This document shows positions 1 through 9,672 of a DNA stretch of 60,152 nucleotides, one piece after another; the stretch's first letter is position 1; each line of letters begins with the position of its first letter. The notes beneath the pieces were generated by a model, which had not been told where the DNA came from, ran no database searches, and saw only the letters and a list, made by a program, of their open reading frames with translations. Both the position numbers and the translations under genes were made by a program. Location: the IMG/VR virus record IMGVR_UViG_3300011115_000619, positions 1-60,152 of that record, one strand, 5' to 3'. The DNA comes from a virus. Lineage: Duplodnaviria > Caudoviricetes.

Positions 1-169
1 TGCACCAATCAAGCGGGGATCTAGCCTAAGACGGGTGTGTCCGTTGAGGGTGGTAGTAAGCGATGCGTGGCTCCGTCAGTCATGGTCCCCTACCCGGAAC
101 AACCCGCTGAGCAGCAGGAATGCATCTCTGTGAGTTGTCCTTGGGTAGGTTGCTCCACGTTCACCATCA
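1..169. repeat. Terminal direct repeat copy 1 (circular assembly overlap or terminal redundancy)
   Basis: Identical to 59984-60152 except at positions 127, 163 and 167. Confidence 0.95.
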
Positions 170-250
170 GTCATAGGGGGTTAGTAGGGGTTGAATGGGT
201 AATCACATGACGAAGTCATATGATACAGGCACACCTGATACAGCCACCTG

Positions 251-799
251 ATGCAGGTGCGGAGAGGAAAAATGACAAAGCGATCAACCCCAAGAACATT
301 CGAGGTCTGCACGGCAAAGTTGCAAGAGAGGGTGCCAAGAAAAAAGCCCAAGGAAAAGAAAAGAGTCGTTTCAAAAAAAACAAAGCCAAAGATACCCGCG
401 ACTGCATTAGTTATCGAGAAAACAAAACCGATAACGAAAAGGATCATTCCATCAATTCAAAATGAGCAAAAGGTTATTTATGAAAATAAGAAACCAAAGC
501 TCACGCCATACACTGAGCAATACGCAGCCAAAGCCAAAGAGTTCTACTTTTCACCTGCGTGGAGATACCTTCGATATGATGTCTTCCTGCGTGACGGCAA
601 GATCTGCGCTGTCTGCGGAGCAACACCAGAGGACGGCACGCGCTTGCACGTCGATCACATCATTCCACTCAGGCAGGACTGGAGCCTGCGTCTGAAGGCA
701 GAGAACCTGCAGGTCCTGTGCGAGGAGTGCAATCAAGGTAAGGGCAGCAGGGACAGTACGGATTGGCGTCCCCGGCGGGGGAGACCAACCCAGAACTGA
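251..799 (+). CDS. HNH endonuclease with basic N-terminus (start may be 272)
   Basis: CAVCG...LHVDHIIP...ENLQVLCEECNQGKG is a classic CxxC-HNH-CxxC motif. Confidence 0.85.
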   Translation: MQVRRGKMTKRSTPRTFEVCTAKLQERVPRKKPKEKKRVVSKKTKPKIPATALVIEKTKPITKRIIPSIQNEQKVIYENKKPKLTPYTEQYAAKAKEFYFSPAWRYLRYDVFLRDGKICAVCGATPEDGTRLHVDHIIPLRQDWSLRLKAENLQVLCEECNQGKGSRDSTDWRPRRGRPTQN

Positions 800-820
800 C
801 ATTTGAGATGCAAATGTATC

Positions 821-1153
821 TCAAAGGATACCGGCAGGATCGTAGTCAGGACCTTTCCAGTAGCTACATGCACCCGTCAGAATGACGACAGGTCCATGCA
901 GGAATGTCGGTGTGTTTTCGATGTCCAGCTTAATGAGTTCTGAAGCTAAGGCATTGAGAACATGGACGTTTTTGTCTGGGTTCATGACCCTGAACACTGT
1001 GGCCCGCTCCTTCATGAAGTGAGACCACAGGAACGTTGCCATCATCTTGTGGCCAGCCAATTCGTCAATCTTCCACCTCGGCGGTTCGAGATCGGATATC
1101 TCCATCTCAATACGCCCGTCCTCTCTGAGGATGATGATCTTCCCGTCAGCCAT
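821..1153 (-). CDS. Hypothetical protein, DUF3846-like C-terminus
   Basis: N-x-x-A-S...L-H-G-P-V-V-I-L motif; overlaps the end of the upstream ORF. Confidence 0.55.
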   Translation of the reverse strand: MADGKIIILREDGRIEMEISDLEPPRWKIDELAGHKMMATFLWSHFMKERATVFRVMNPDKNVHVLNALASELIKLDIENTPTFLHGPVVILTGACSYWKGPDYDPAGIL

Positions 1154-1571
1154 TGGGGATCAACAGAACAAGAGGTCCACGCAGGCGAGCCAGACGCGAC
1201 AGAACGGCAGGGTCACGATTGTTGCGGGCAAGCTCCTCTGCGAAATCATTGAACTCCCACTGATCATCGTACTGGCACTTGAGGTTCATGAAGGCTGAGA
1301 TGCCCTTGTACTTTCCGAAGCTCACGATGTCGCTCACCCGCCAGCAACTGACCGGGAAGTTCAGGAGAACCTTGTCGCACGCTTCCGTGAGAAGGTCCTT
1401 GGCATACTGCATACCCGCATACTGATTGATGTGGTGGAAGCTGACCTCTCCCGTGGGGCAGTAAACCATCACCCCGGTCTTCTGAGGGAAGCCAGAGAAG
1501 ACCTTCTTGAATTGCTCCACAATCTCATCATCTAGCCCCATGATGTTAGTGGGATTGGTAATATTGCTCAT
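1146..1571 (-). CDS. Hypothetical protein, similar C-terminal motif to its neighbour
   Basis: GGAGAG RBS before ATG 1571; ends N-D-F-A...L-R-G-P-L-V-L-L. Confidence 0.55.
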   Translation of the reverse strand: MSNITNPTNIMGLDDEIVEQFKKVFSGFPQKTGVMVYCPTGEVSFHHINQYAGMQYAKDLLTEACDKVLLNFPVSCWRVSDIVSFGKYKGISAFMNLKCQYDDQWEFNDFAEELARNNRDPAVLSRLARLRGPLVLLIPNG

Positions 1572-1690
1572 GGTCTCTCCTTTCAGGTTGAAAGATGTGG
1601 TGATTTCAGGCGCATTTGCATCCAAGAAATCTATCGCGTTGGTATTGTAAGTGCTTGGCTTGGTGTTTGCTAGTGTCTAGGATGTGCGTC

Positions 1691-3406
1691 ATGTCGATCC
1701 CAGAAGAGATCTTGCACGACGCGCTGAGGGTGGGTGAGGGGCAGCATCGTCTGTCCTGCCCGGCCTGCACCCATACGAGGTCGCGAGCGAACCAACGTGC
1801 CCGCACCCTTTCCGTCCGCTTCGAGGATGGCAAGGTGGCCTACACCTGCTGGCACTGCGACCTCACGGGCATTGTCAGCGAAGAAGAGTTTCAGGAAAGG
1901 AGACCAGCACAAATGACCAAGCCCATGAAGGTCGAACCTTTGCATGGCCCTGCCATCGAGTTTCTGGAAGCGCGTGGCATCAGCCCTGAGACCGCTCAGG
2001 CTGCCGGTCTGTTCTTCACCCGCGCCTACTTCAATCGTATGGGCAGGGAGGGTGACGCTATCGGTATGCCGTATGCCGATGAGAACGGCGTGCGCACCGG
2101 GGCCAAGCTGCGCTCCATCGATGGCAAGGACTTCACCATCCAAGGCACGGTCAACACCATGTTTGGTGCTGAGCGGTGCAGGAAGGGCGAGGATGTTTAC
2201 ATCTGCGAGGGCGAACTGGATGCGGTCGCGTTCCTGCAGGCAGGTATCCACAACGCCATCAGCGTGCCCCATGGAGCGCCTCCTCCGGGCAAGGGCAATG
2301 CTCAGGGCAATGAGCGCCGTCTGTCCGCCCTGTGGGCCAACAGGGAGGTTCTTAAGGACGCTGCCCGTGTGATCATCGCGGTGGACAACGACGCCCCCGG
2401 TGAAGCTCTGGCAGAAGAGGTTGCCCGGCGTGTTGGCAAGGCGCGGTGCTGGGTTCTGAACTGGCCGGAAGGCACGAAGGACGCCAACGACTTTCTGCTG
2501 ACCAACGGGGCGGAAGCCCTTGCCACCTACGCCACAACCAAGGTTGCCATGTGGCCGCTGTCTGGCTTGAAGACGGTGGAAGAGTTCAGGATGGATGTGG
2601 AGAGCCTCTATGATAGAGGACTTCCTCCGGGGATGCAGACCGGCTGGTCGAACGTGGACAGTATCTTCACGGTGGCCCCCGGCACACTCAACATCCTGAC
2701 GGGCATACCGGGTAGCGGTAAGTCCACATGGCTGGATGCATTGCTCTGCAATTTGGCCAACACCTACAACAGCAAGGTGGCGCTGGCCTCCTTCGAGAAC
2801 CCCATCACCACGCACATCAGCAAGCTGATCTCCCAGAAGGTGGGCAAGCCGTTCCGGGATGGCCTCGGCGACCGCATGACCAAGCAGGAGATGAGCGAAG
2901 CGACTGACTGGGTGAATGATCATTTCCTCTTCCTCTCTCAAGATGGTGAGCCTCCCACCACAGAGAACCTGATCGAGCGGTTCTCGATGGCGGTGATGCG
3001 CATGGGTTGCAGGGTGGGTGTGATCGACCCGTTCAACTTCATCAGACTCGGCGGGGAGAACGAGACCCACGCCATCAACGAGATGCTCTCTGCCCTCAAG
3101 ACATTCGCGACCGCGTCTGAGATGGCCATTTTCCTTGTTGCCCATCCTTCCAAGCCGCCCATGCCTGCGTCCAAGGACTGGGTGCCCACCGGCTACCACA
3201 TCAGCGGCAGCGCCCACTTCTACAACCGCGCCGACTTCGGCCTGACGGTCCAGCGTGGTATGGGCAGTGAGACAAAGATCCATGTGTGGAAGTCCCGGTT
3301 CGAGCATCTCGGCACAGTTGGCGTGGTCCCTCTCAAGTATGAGTATGGGGTGGGCCGGTACTACGAAGGCCCGGAGATCGACAATCTGGATGACCTCGAC
3401 TTTTGA
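1691..3406 (+). CDS. Bifunctional primase-helicase (T7 gp4/Twinkle-like)
   Basis: Zn finger CPAC...CWHC; TOPRIM ICEGELDA and DND..G; Walker A GIPGSGKS; VIDP, VAHP and ISGS SF4 helicase motifs. Confidence 0.93.
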   Translation: MSIPEEILHDALRVGEGQHRLSCPACTHTRSRANQRARTLSVRFEDGKVAYTCWHCDLTGIVSEEEFQERRPAQMTKPMKVEPLHGPAIEFLEARGISPETAQAAGLFFTRAYFNRMGREGDAIGMPYADENGVRTGAKLRSIDGKDFTIQGTVNTMFGAERCRKGEDVYICEGELDAVAFLQAGIHNAISVPHGAPPPGKGNAQGNERRLSALWANREVLKDAARVIIAVDNDAPGEALAEEVARRVGKARCWVLNWPEGTKDANDFLLTNGAEALATYATTKVAMWPLSGLKTVEEFRMDVESLYDRGLPPGMQTGWSNVDSIFTVAPGTLNILTGIPGSGKSTWLDALLCNLANTYNSKVALASFENPITTHISKLISQKVGKPFRDGLGDRMTKQEMSEATDWVNDHFLFLSQDGEPPTTENLIERFSMAVMRMGCRVGVIDPFNFIRLGGENETHAINEMLSALKTFATASEMAIFLVAHPSKPPMPASKDWVPTGYHISGSAHFYNRADFGLTVQRGMGSETKIHVWKSRFEHLGTVGVVPLKYEYGVGRYYEGPEIDNLDDLDF

Positions 3407-3435
3407 GATGCAATTGCACGCGAAATGGGGAACAC

Positions 3436-3921
3436 ATGCCAAAGCCGACACTCCGTCTTGAGTACCATGCGCCCAATGCGCGCAAGAAGATCCGCGTCCG
3501 CAACGTCACAAGCACAGAGCTTGATCGTCTGCGTCATCTCGAACTGATAACCCGTGAGCAGCACGACGCTGGGGAAGCTGCTCTCAGGGATCTGTGGCAG
3601 GCCAAGATGCTAGGTCCTGCCGCAGCGAACTTCGCTGGTGGGGGTGGTGGGGGAGGTGACCCTGCCCCCATGTCCTCGTCCAGATCTCGTGGCATCAAAG
3701 CCGTCAATGAATGGATCAGGCATCTTGATGCTGACGTGGGGATGGGTCCTCGCCGTGTCCTGATGACGCTGCTCTGCGACGACAGGTTCATCGACACCCC
3801 GTCCACCATCGTGGTCATCAGGCAGGCCCTGACAGCCACGATGAAGGTGCATGAGGCGAGGAGGATCAATCGACCCACCCTCGCCTCGATGTTCGCTCAG
3901 GCCTTCTCTGGGAACGACTGA
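3436..3921 (+). CDS. Hypothetical protein, DUF6456-like (possible regulator)
   Basis: LDRL...ITREQHDAGE..RD motif; preceded by palindrome 3407 and a GGGGA RBS. Confidence 0.5.
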   Translation: MPKPTLRLEYHAPNARKKIRVRNVTSTELDRLRHLELITREQHDAGEAALRDLWQAKMLGPAAANFAGGGGGGGDPAPMSSSRSRGIKAVNEWIRHLDADVGMGPRRVLMTLLCDDRFIDTPSTIVVIRQALTATMKVHEARRINRPTLASMFAQAFSGND

Positions 3922-4055
3922 GCGTAGGCCTGCGAGATGATGCGAGCAGCCATGTTGGAAAGGCTGCGCTCCTCCTTCTCGGCCATCTGCTTCAACATAT
4001 CCATGGCCTCGTCCTTGAGGTTGAGGCTCAGGCGCTTGCGGTTATCTTCAGCCAT
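3897..4055 (-). CDS. Ribbon-helix-helix (Arc/CopG-like) DNA-binding protein, 52 aa
   Basis: RKRLSLNLKDEAMDMLKQMAEKEERSLSNMAARII matches the RHH pattern; TAATG coupling to the upstream gene. Confidence 0.8.
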   Translation of the reverse strand: MAEDNRKRLSLNLKDEAMDMLKQMAEKEERSLSNMAARIISQAYAQSFPEKA

Positions 4056-4756
4056 TAGTCTTCTCCTTCGTTGTCGCCTTCCATGGCACTGAACACGGCC
4101 TTGGAGGCGATCCTGTTGATGGCACCAACACACCGCTGCACTGAGCCAGCGGTTCTGTAGATGCCGTTGCACACGCCCACATAGACGGGTGATGAATAGA
4201 GGTGCTTGAGGTCAAAGGCCTCGACGTACCAGACTTCGCCGCCATCGAATGGCCTGCCCATCAAGCTGCCCCGCAGAAAGACGTAGTTACCAACTGCAGG
4301 CGATCCGATCTTCTTGAGGAACCGCAGGTATCCGGGGGACACAGTGAAGTAGGCGGTGGTGCCGTTCATGCCCGTGAACACGGTCATATTCCCAGACACC
4401 ACATTTGTCTGGAGGTTTGACCTTGGTTTCAGGTGCAAATGCACCTTCAATAAGTGGGCGCTCTCGTCCCTCTTCAGATCCATGAAGGGTATGTGGGTGT
4501 ACTTCTTCCACAGTGTCTGCCTGAAGTTCTTGAGATCAACAGACTGCCTGCGGATGGAGTAGCTGAGGCTTTGGACGGCAGCCCCGTTCATTGTGTCACG
4601 GCCAATGGCGTTCTGGATGTCGTACTCACTCAGACGATTACTCTTCATCGTTTGATACAGTGCTGCCCTGCGTTCTGCGGGCACTGCCTTGATGGCCGCT
4701 GCTACGCCAATCTTGGCTGCATCAGTGGCGAGGCGGTCATACTTGTTTGGTCTCAT
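4055..4756 (-). CDS. Hypothetical protein
   Basis: Long ORF with GGAGAG RBS, in operon. Confidence 0.7.
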   Translation of the reverse strand: MRPNKYDRLATDAAKIGVAAAIKAVPAERRAALYQTMKSNRLSEYDIQNAIGRDTMNGAAVQSLSYSIRRQSVDLKNFRQTLWKKYTHIPFMDLKRDESAHLLKVHLHLKPRSNLQTNVVSGNMTVFTGMNGTTAYFTVSPGYLRFLKKIGSPAVGNYVFLRGSLMGRPFDGGEVWYVEAFDLKHLYSSPVYVGVCNGIYRTAGSVQRCVGAINRIASKAVFSAMEGDNEGED

Positions 4757-4892
4757 GTTGCTCTCCTGCTCGTGCTGCCTTTGCAGCAACCTCTAGGTAC
4801 CGTTTCTGTGTCTTGGGGGATGCGTTGATCCACCCCCCACGCCACGGGTTGATGTCCTCATAGATGGCCTTCGCCATGGCTTCGAGGTTCAT
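4737..4892 (-). CDS. Small hypothetical protein (51 aa, MNLEAMAKAIYEDINPW...)
   Basis: ATGA overlap with the stop of 4889-6070; fills the gap in the operon; below the ORF-track cut-off. Confidence 0.55.
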   Translation of the reverse strand: MNLEAMAKAIYEDINPWRGGWINASPKTQKRYLEVAAKAARAGEQHETKQV

Positions 4893-6070
4893 ACCTTGAC
4901 CTCCACCTCGTCACCGAACGGCGCAGACACGCTGGTGGTCTTGGCCCAGATCACAGGGTAGGACGGTGCCTCTGCTGGGAAGGTGCCGTACATGTCGGTC
5001 AGGTAGATCAGGGCCTGCGGCTCGATGCCCTGCTCCTTGATCCAGTCGAAGACGGGGCGGAAGTCGGTGCCACCACCGCCAACCGGCTCAGGGATCAGTT
5101 CCTCGCCACGCTCAAAGGTCTGGACCTTGTGGACCTTGGAGTCGCACCACACGAGGTGGATGCGCTCAGGGTCAGCGTCCTCGTAGATGGCCTTGACCTC
5201 TGCGAAGAAGGCATCGAGCAGCGCACCTTGGATGGAGCCAGAGGTATCGATACCCACCACGATCTCACCCACACCCTCACGCAGGTGGCTGGGCAGGTAC
5301 ATGCCGCTGGACAGGTAGCGACGATTGCCACGCGCCCATGTGTAGTCGGCAGGGATGGTGGATGAGAACATCCGGCGAAGCTGGTCACGCCAGTCCACGC
5401 TGGGCTTCATCGCCTCAGAGATCAGACGCTTGAGGACAGCGGGCAGCTTGCCCTGCATCTCGGCAGCCTGCGCAGCCTGAGCAACCCGCGTCATGACCTC
5501 GGACTGCTCGACCTCGATCTCTGATTGGGACATGGGCTGGCCGTCAGCACGCACCTTGTCTCGCACGCCACCCATATCCCATGCGTCACCGTCAGGGATA
5601 TGCTTGGTGCCCTTGGGTGCATTTGCACCTGAACCACCATCGTCGTTGGCCTTGGCCTCCTCCTCCAGCAGCTTGTAGATCTGCTCGGCAGACATGTTCC
5701 TGAAGTCTTCAGAGATCAGCGCACCGGCAGGCAGCTTCATGCCAGACGCCACCACGATGGGGTTAATGGCGTAGTCGCAGGCTACGTTCCACAGGCGAGG
5801 GTTGCGCTTGCCACGGCGCAAGTGATGGGCGTTGGTGACGTGCAGAACCTCATGGCACAGCACACCAAGGATCTCGTCCGCGCTGATCTCCTCGACAAAC
5901 TTGGGCGAGTACATGATGCACTTGCCGTCAGTCGCCATGGTGGAGATCTCAGGACGCTCGATCATCTGCATGGGGATGACAAGCGCGCCATAGAAAGGCT
6001 GGTTGAAGAGCAGCTTGATGCGGCCCTTGGTGATCATCAGTTCAGGGGTAAGCTTCTTGGTCGGGGTCAT
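4889..6070 (-). CDS. Metallopeptidase-like + VWA domain protein (DUF2201 type)
   Basis: TMATDG, HEVLH (HExxH), WNVACDYAIN, VWA MIDAS DTSGS, GGGGTDF and YLTD.YG. Confidence 0.88.
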   Translation of the reverse strand: MTPTKKLTPELMITKGRIKLLFNQPFYGALVIPMQMIERPEISTMATDGKCIMYSPKFVEEISADEILGVLCHEVLHVTNAHHLRRGKRNPRLWNVACDYAINPIVVASGMKLPAGALISEDFRNMSAEQIYKLLEEEAKANDDGGSGANAPKGTKHIPDGDAWDMGGVRDKVRADGQPMSQSEIEVEQSEVMTRVAQAAQAAEMQGKLPAVLKRLISEAMKPSVDWRDQLRRMFSSTIPADYTWARGNRRYLSSGMYLPSHLREGVGEIVVGIDTSGSIQGALLDAFFAEVKAIYEDADPERIHLVWCDSKVHKVQTFERGEELIPEPVGGGGTDFRPVFDWIKEQGIEPQALIYLTDMYGTFPAEAPSYPVIWAKTTSVSAPFGDEVEVKV

Positions 6071-6249
6071 TGGTCTGTCTCCAGTTTGGAAATGATGTGC
6101 TCAAGATGTTCAGCCGCCACGAGGTCGGCGTTCTTCTTGCCGGGCTTGGGGATGAACCCGCTGCCCGTGCCGCGCCGCCTACGGTAGGCAGCACGTCCAC
6201 GCAGCATGTTCATCACGGTCTCAAGCTCTGCTTCTGTAAGGTTCTTCAT
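6067..6249 (-). CDS. Small hypothetical protein
   Basis: ATGA-coupled on both sides. Confidence 0.6.
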   Translation of the reverse strand: MKNLTEAELETVMNMLRGRAAYRRRRGTGSGFIPKPGKKNADLVAAEHLEHIISKLETDQ

Positions 6250-6551
6250 GTCAGTCTGCCCTTGAGGTAGATCTCCTCGTCACCCTCGCTGGCGCGGCGC
6301 ATGATGGCCTCGGCGTCAGGCATCGTGGAGTTGAGGTCGGGTTGGGTGAGGTCGGTCATGTTGGCCACGCGGTTGACGCCCTTGTAGAGCAGCAGTTCCC
6401 AGATCTTCTTCTTGTCCTGCATGAGGACCAGATACAGGTTCAGCTTGCCCTTCATGCCCGCGAGGGGGACGCCGTTAATCTTGAACTTCGCGCCCTCCAT
6501 CTTGGCGAAGACGATGGCACCAACGATCTCGTTCTTCTCTTCTTCAGTCAT
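6246..6551 (-). CDS. Hypothetical protein
   Basis: Palindrome 6568 plus GGAGAG RBS precede ATG 6551. Confidence 0.65.
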   Translation of the reverse strand: MTEEEKNEIVGAIVFAKMEGAKFKINGVPLAGMKGKLNLYLVLMQDKKKIWELLLYKGVNRVANMTDLTQPDLNSTMPDAEAIMRRASEGDEEIYLKGRLT

Positions 6552-6581
6552 GTGTCTCTCCATTTGGGGTGCAATTGCATC

Positions 6582-6609
6582 CAAAAGGGGGTGGCTTGTA
6601 ACCACCCCC
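6582..6609 (-). terminator. Rho-independent terminator candidate after AAA ATPase
   Basis: GGGGGTGG/CCACCCCC stem followed by TTTT on the minus strand; abuts palindrome 6568. Confidence 0.55.
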
Positions 6610-6617
6610 ATTGCAGA

Positions 6618-7646
6618 TCAGACCATCAGGGTGAGGTGTTCGCGTGCCCACTTGGCGACAGCCGGAACCTTCTTCAGTTCAGCGTCACGGGCGACAGCCT
6701 CCTTGATGCAGACGGTCGCATGTTCAGCGGGCAGCCGGTCAAGGTAGTCAACGATGGCACCCGCCGTCTTCTTGTCCATGATGCGGGACAGCTTGGACAT
6801 CAGCATGTACATGATGCCGGGACCGTTCTCGCCAGACGGGACCGGCGCATTGCCGGGGCTGGACAAAATCAGGTTGATGTCCGGCACCTGCATGGCGAGG
6901 CGCAGATGCCCCTCAAACACGGTCGCGGCACCCTCACCAACGGCACCAGCGATCAGGCGCTGCCGGATGAACGGCTCCACGGCCATGCCGATGATGCTGT
7001 TCACGAAGTTCCACGCACGGGGCGAGGGGTTGGACCGCTGCGAGGCATCGAACTTGTGCAGCAGGTCATCGTGCAGGCGGAAGAAAGACAGCACCTCCGG
7101 GCAGATGTCATTGGCTGCACCCCATGCGGTGAAGTCATCCACATCGCTGTCCACCTCAAGGAACACGAAGCGGTTGGCGAGATGGCGGGGCATCTCATGG
7201 GTAGCCGCACGGCTGGAGCGAGGGTTGCCAGCCGCCACGATGATGGCACCGTCAGGCAGACGGTACTCACCGATGGAGCGATCCAGCACAAGCTGGCTCA
7301 CGGTGTTCTGCACCAGAGGAACGGCCTGCGGCAGTTCATCGAGGAACAGGATGCCCGCCCAAGCAGGGTCGGACGGCAGTTCATCCGGGGCGTTCCAGAC
7401 GGTGCGCCCGGCGACCACAGAGGGGATGCCGCGCAGGTCCACAGGGTCCATCTGCACAAGGCGCAGATCGATCACCTCCAGACCGTGGCGGGCAGCGGCC
7501 TGCTTCACGAGCGAGGACTTGCCCCCACCCGGAGGGCCTTCAAGGAACAGGCAGATGCGGCTCTCGTCGCGGCCACCAGCGGCAGCCACGGCATTGTTCT
7601 GAACGATGGCCGCATCGAGGGCAGCGGCAACATGGGTCGGCTTCAT
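6618..7646 (-). CDS. MoxR/CobS-like AAA+ ATPase
   Basis: Walker A GPPGGGKS, DLRGIP, Walker B ILFLDE, AAGNP and LANRF. Confidence 0.9.
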   Translation of the reverse strand: MKPTHVAAALDAAIVQNNAVAAAGGRDESRICLFLEGPPGGGKSSLVKQAAARHGLEVIDLRLVQMDPVDLRGIPSVVAGRTVWNAPDELPSDPAWAGILFLDELPQAVPLVQNTVSQLVLDRSIGEYRLPDGAIIVAAGNPRSSRAATHEMPRHLANRFVFLEVDSDVDDFTAWGAANDICPEVLSFFRLHDDLLHKFDASQRSNPSPRAWNFVNSIIGMAVEPFIRQRLIAGAVGEGAATVFEGHLRLAMQVPDINLILSSPGNAPVPSGENGPGIMYMLMSKLSRIMDKKTAGAIVDYLDRLPAEHATVCIKEAVARDAELKKVPAVAKWAREHLTLMV

Positions 7647-7689
7647 GGTCTTGGTCTCCTGTCTCGCACCACATTGGTGCTTGGTTGCG

Positions 7690-7718
7690 ACTATAGGGCA
7701 CACACTGCACCCAGTCAA
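7690..7718 (-). promoter_or_regulatory. Sigma70-type promoter for the AAA-VWA operon
   Basis: TTGACT-N17-TATAGT on the minus strand; the spacer contains a GGTGCA half-site; IHF-consensus AATCAACGCTTTA at 7739-7751. Confidence 0.7.
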
Positions 7719-7871
7719 GTACTATTTTATCCCTTTAGAATCAACGCTTTAGGTCAGCGATTGCTTGGAGAAAGCCAAGCGTCAGCAGGATGATGCTGAT
7801 TGTCATCAGGTCCACGGTATGTAACCATTCAGGTTGTCCTCATTTGGGGTGCAATTGCACCTAGGTTGATG

Positions 7872-8099
7872 TCACTTCACGTTGCGCCAAACGATGGTGC
7901 CCTGCTTGTCGGTGAGCAGGTGGTAGTTATCGGTGGCGATGGCGACCCTCACGTTGTAGCCAAGCGACTTGATGATCCCCATGGCACGGGGTGTGAGGGT
8001 CTTGGCGTTCAGCAAGTCCGCGAACTTGCGTGATGTGTCGCAGGCAGGGTAGGTCAGGTCATTGCCGTACACGTTCTTCACAGTGACTAGAAAGTCCAT
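7872..8099 (-). CDS. Hypothetical phage protein (KNVYG..YP.C motif)
   Basis: AAGGAG RBS and palindrome 8119 upstream. Confidence 0.75.
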   Translation of the reverse strand: MDFLVTVKNVYGNDLTYPACDTSRKFADLLNAKTLTPRAMGIIKSLGYNVRVAIATDNYHLLTDKQGTIVWRNVK

Positions 8100-8151
8100 C
8101 GTCTCTCTCCTTGTTTGGGGTGCATTTGCATCTGAAAGGTATCGGTGGGGA

Positions 8152-8760
8152 TCAACCCCACCTCAACCCGTAATGGTCCGCGCAGATGGGACCGTAGCCC
8201 ACATGCACAGACCGCTCGTCCTTCAGGCCACGGCTACAGAAGCAGCAGTTACCAGTCCGCTTGCCATAGGCAGAGGCGGTGCCTGTCGGGTCCTTCGCCA
8301 TGGTGACAAGCGCCATCGCGACCTCGGTGATGGTGTCGATGCTCACCTTACGGGAAGGCTCGAACACCCCGTCACGGGTGATGCGTCCGTACCACGTCCG
8401 ATTCTCAAAGCTACCAAGGCTGGTGACATTGATTGCCCCCGGCACCTTCGATCGCTCGCCTGCCACAGAGATGCGCACGTCCGCACCGTCAGGCATGGCG
8501 ACCACAAAGGCAGGGAACTTCAGGCGCGACCCAGCCTTCTCCAGCAACGCCACGATGCCCGACACGTCACCCACGTTCACGGGTGCGGGCGGCGGGTCAT
8601 CCATCCCGGTCGCACGCTTGTGCAGCACGCCCAGCCAGTGAAGTTGCTTGTGGGACAGGCCACGATTGTGGAACTGATTGAGCAGGGACAGGGCGAACGT
8701 CCGATCCTTGTCGTTCAGGTTGTCGATGTTCTCCAGCAGGGCCTTCGCTTCGATATCCAT
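8152..8760 (-). CDS. DUF6011-like Zn-binding domain protein
   Basis: C-terminal GNCCFCSRGLKDERSVHVGYGPICA; AGGAG RBS and palindrome 8780 upstream. Confidence 0.75.
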   Translation of the reverse strand: MDIEAKALLENIDNLNDKDRTFALSLLNQFHNRGLSHKQLHWLGVLHKRATGMDDPPPAPVNVGDVSGIVALLEKAGSRLKFPAFVVAMPDGADVRISVAGERSKVPGAINVTSLGSFENRTWYGRITRDGVFEPSRKVSIDTITEVAMALVTMAKDPTGTASAYGKRTGNCCFCSRGLKDERSVHVGYGPICADHYGLRWG

Positions 8761-8854
8761 GTTCTCACTCCTGATTTGGGGTGCAATTGCACCTGAAAGG
8801 TTAGTGTCCCACCGTCCGTGGGTATGGGTTTGGGACAGTGGGACAGTTGGGCAG

Positions 8855-9628
8855 TTAGAAGCGCACCACGAAACCATTCGTGCTACGCTTGGCCTTGGCA
8901 CCCTTGGGCGACAGCCCCACGACCACACCCTTGGGGTCAAGGTGGCGCAGGTCATGCTTGTCGCCGTTGATCACGGTCGCGCCCCAGTAGGTGGCGGGGA
9001 ACGCCATGCCGAACACCACGGCCACGTTATGCCCAGCGGCAAGCGCAGCCTTGCATTCCTCGTGGTTCTCGCCAGAGAACGAGAATGTCTGGTGTACGTT
9101 GGGTGCAACTGCACCCAAACGCTTGAAGTCCTTGGTGTACTCCACGAATTGAACGTCCGGGAACAGAGCGGGCAGGGTGATCATCGTGCCTTCTGGTACC
9201 CCAGTCATGGCTGCAGTGCGGGCATCCACCTTGAACTTGATGCGCGACCAGTTCAGGTCAGTCGACCCATTCAGGCGGGCGCAGAACTTCTTCAGCAGAC
9301 GCCGGGCTTTGCGCGATGCCCGAACAATGAACCGGGCAATGTGATTCATGTATTCGTTGCGATGCTCCATGAACATGCGAGCCTTGGCAATTCTGGCCGC
9401 ACGAACGTGACCAATCCCTGCCTCAAGGTCAACGACCATTGCAACATGCCCAGCGTACCAACCAAGGCACAGTTCAACGCACTGGGGCGAGGCATTGCCG
9501 CACAGATCACCCACGCCCCCGCTCGTGAAGGGTGCCATGTAGTGGATCGCGTTCAGGTAACCATAACCCTCGGCCTTGACGGCCTTGGCGCTGTCCATGG
9601 ACATGACACGGTCGTAATTGATTGCCAT
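8855..9628 (-). CDS. GP88-family / radical-SAM-like Fe-S protein
   Basis: C-x5-C-x3-C (CGNASPQCVELC), RLNGSTD, FVEYTK, TFSFSG and GD.HDLRHLDP motifs. Confidence 0.65.
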   Translation of the reverse strand: MAINYDRVMSMDSAKAVKAEGYGYLNAIHYMAPFTSGGVGDLCGNASPQCVELCLGWYAGHVAMVVDLEAGIGHVRAARIAKARMFMEHRNEYMNHIARFIVRASRKARRLLKKFCARLNGSTDLNWSRIKFKVDARTAAMTGVPEGTMITLPALFPDVQFVEYTKDFKRLGAVAPNVHQTFSFSGENHEECKAALAAGHNVAVVFGMAFPATYWGATVINGDKHDLRHLDPKGVVVGLSPKGAKAKRSTNGFVVRF

Positions 9629-9672
9629 TGCATGGCCTCCATTTGGGGTGCATTTGCACCTGAAATCCTGAC

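Noticed and set aside
1-169. True biological direct terminal repeat
   Set aside because: It cannot be distinguished from assembly overlap of a circular contig, and it lies far from terS.
251-799. HNH gene as part of a group I intron
   Set aside because: No interrupted host gene flanks it and I could not identify P7 core elements.
1670-3451. 593-aa antisense ORF (likewise 6342-7793, 17245-18612, 19306-20721, 48027-50396)
   Set aside because: These are shadow ORFs opposite well-supported genes, expected from high-GC codon bias.
7790-7840. CTGATGA on the minus strand as a fifth hammerhead
   Set aside because: There is no correctly placed GAAA and no stems II or III.
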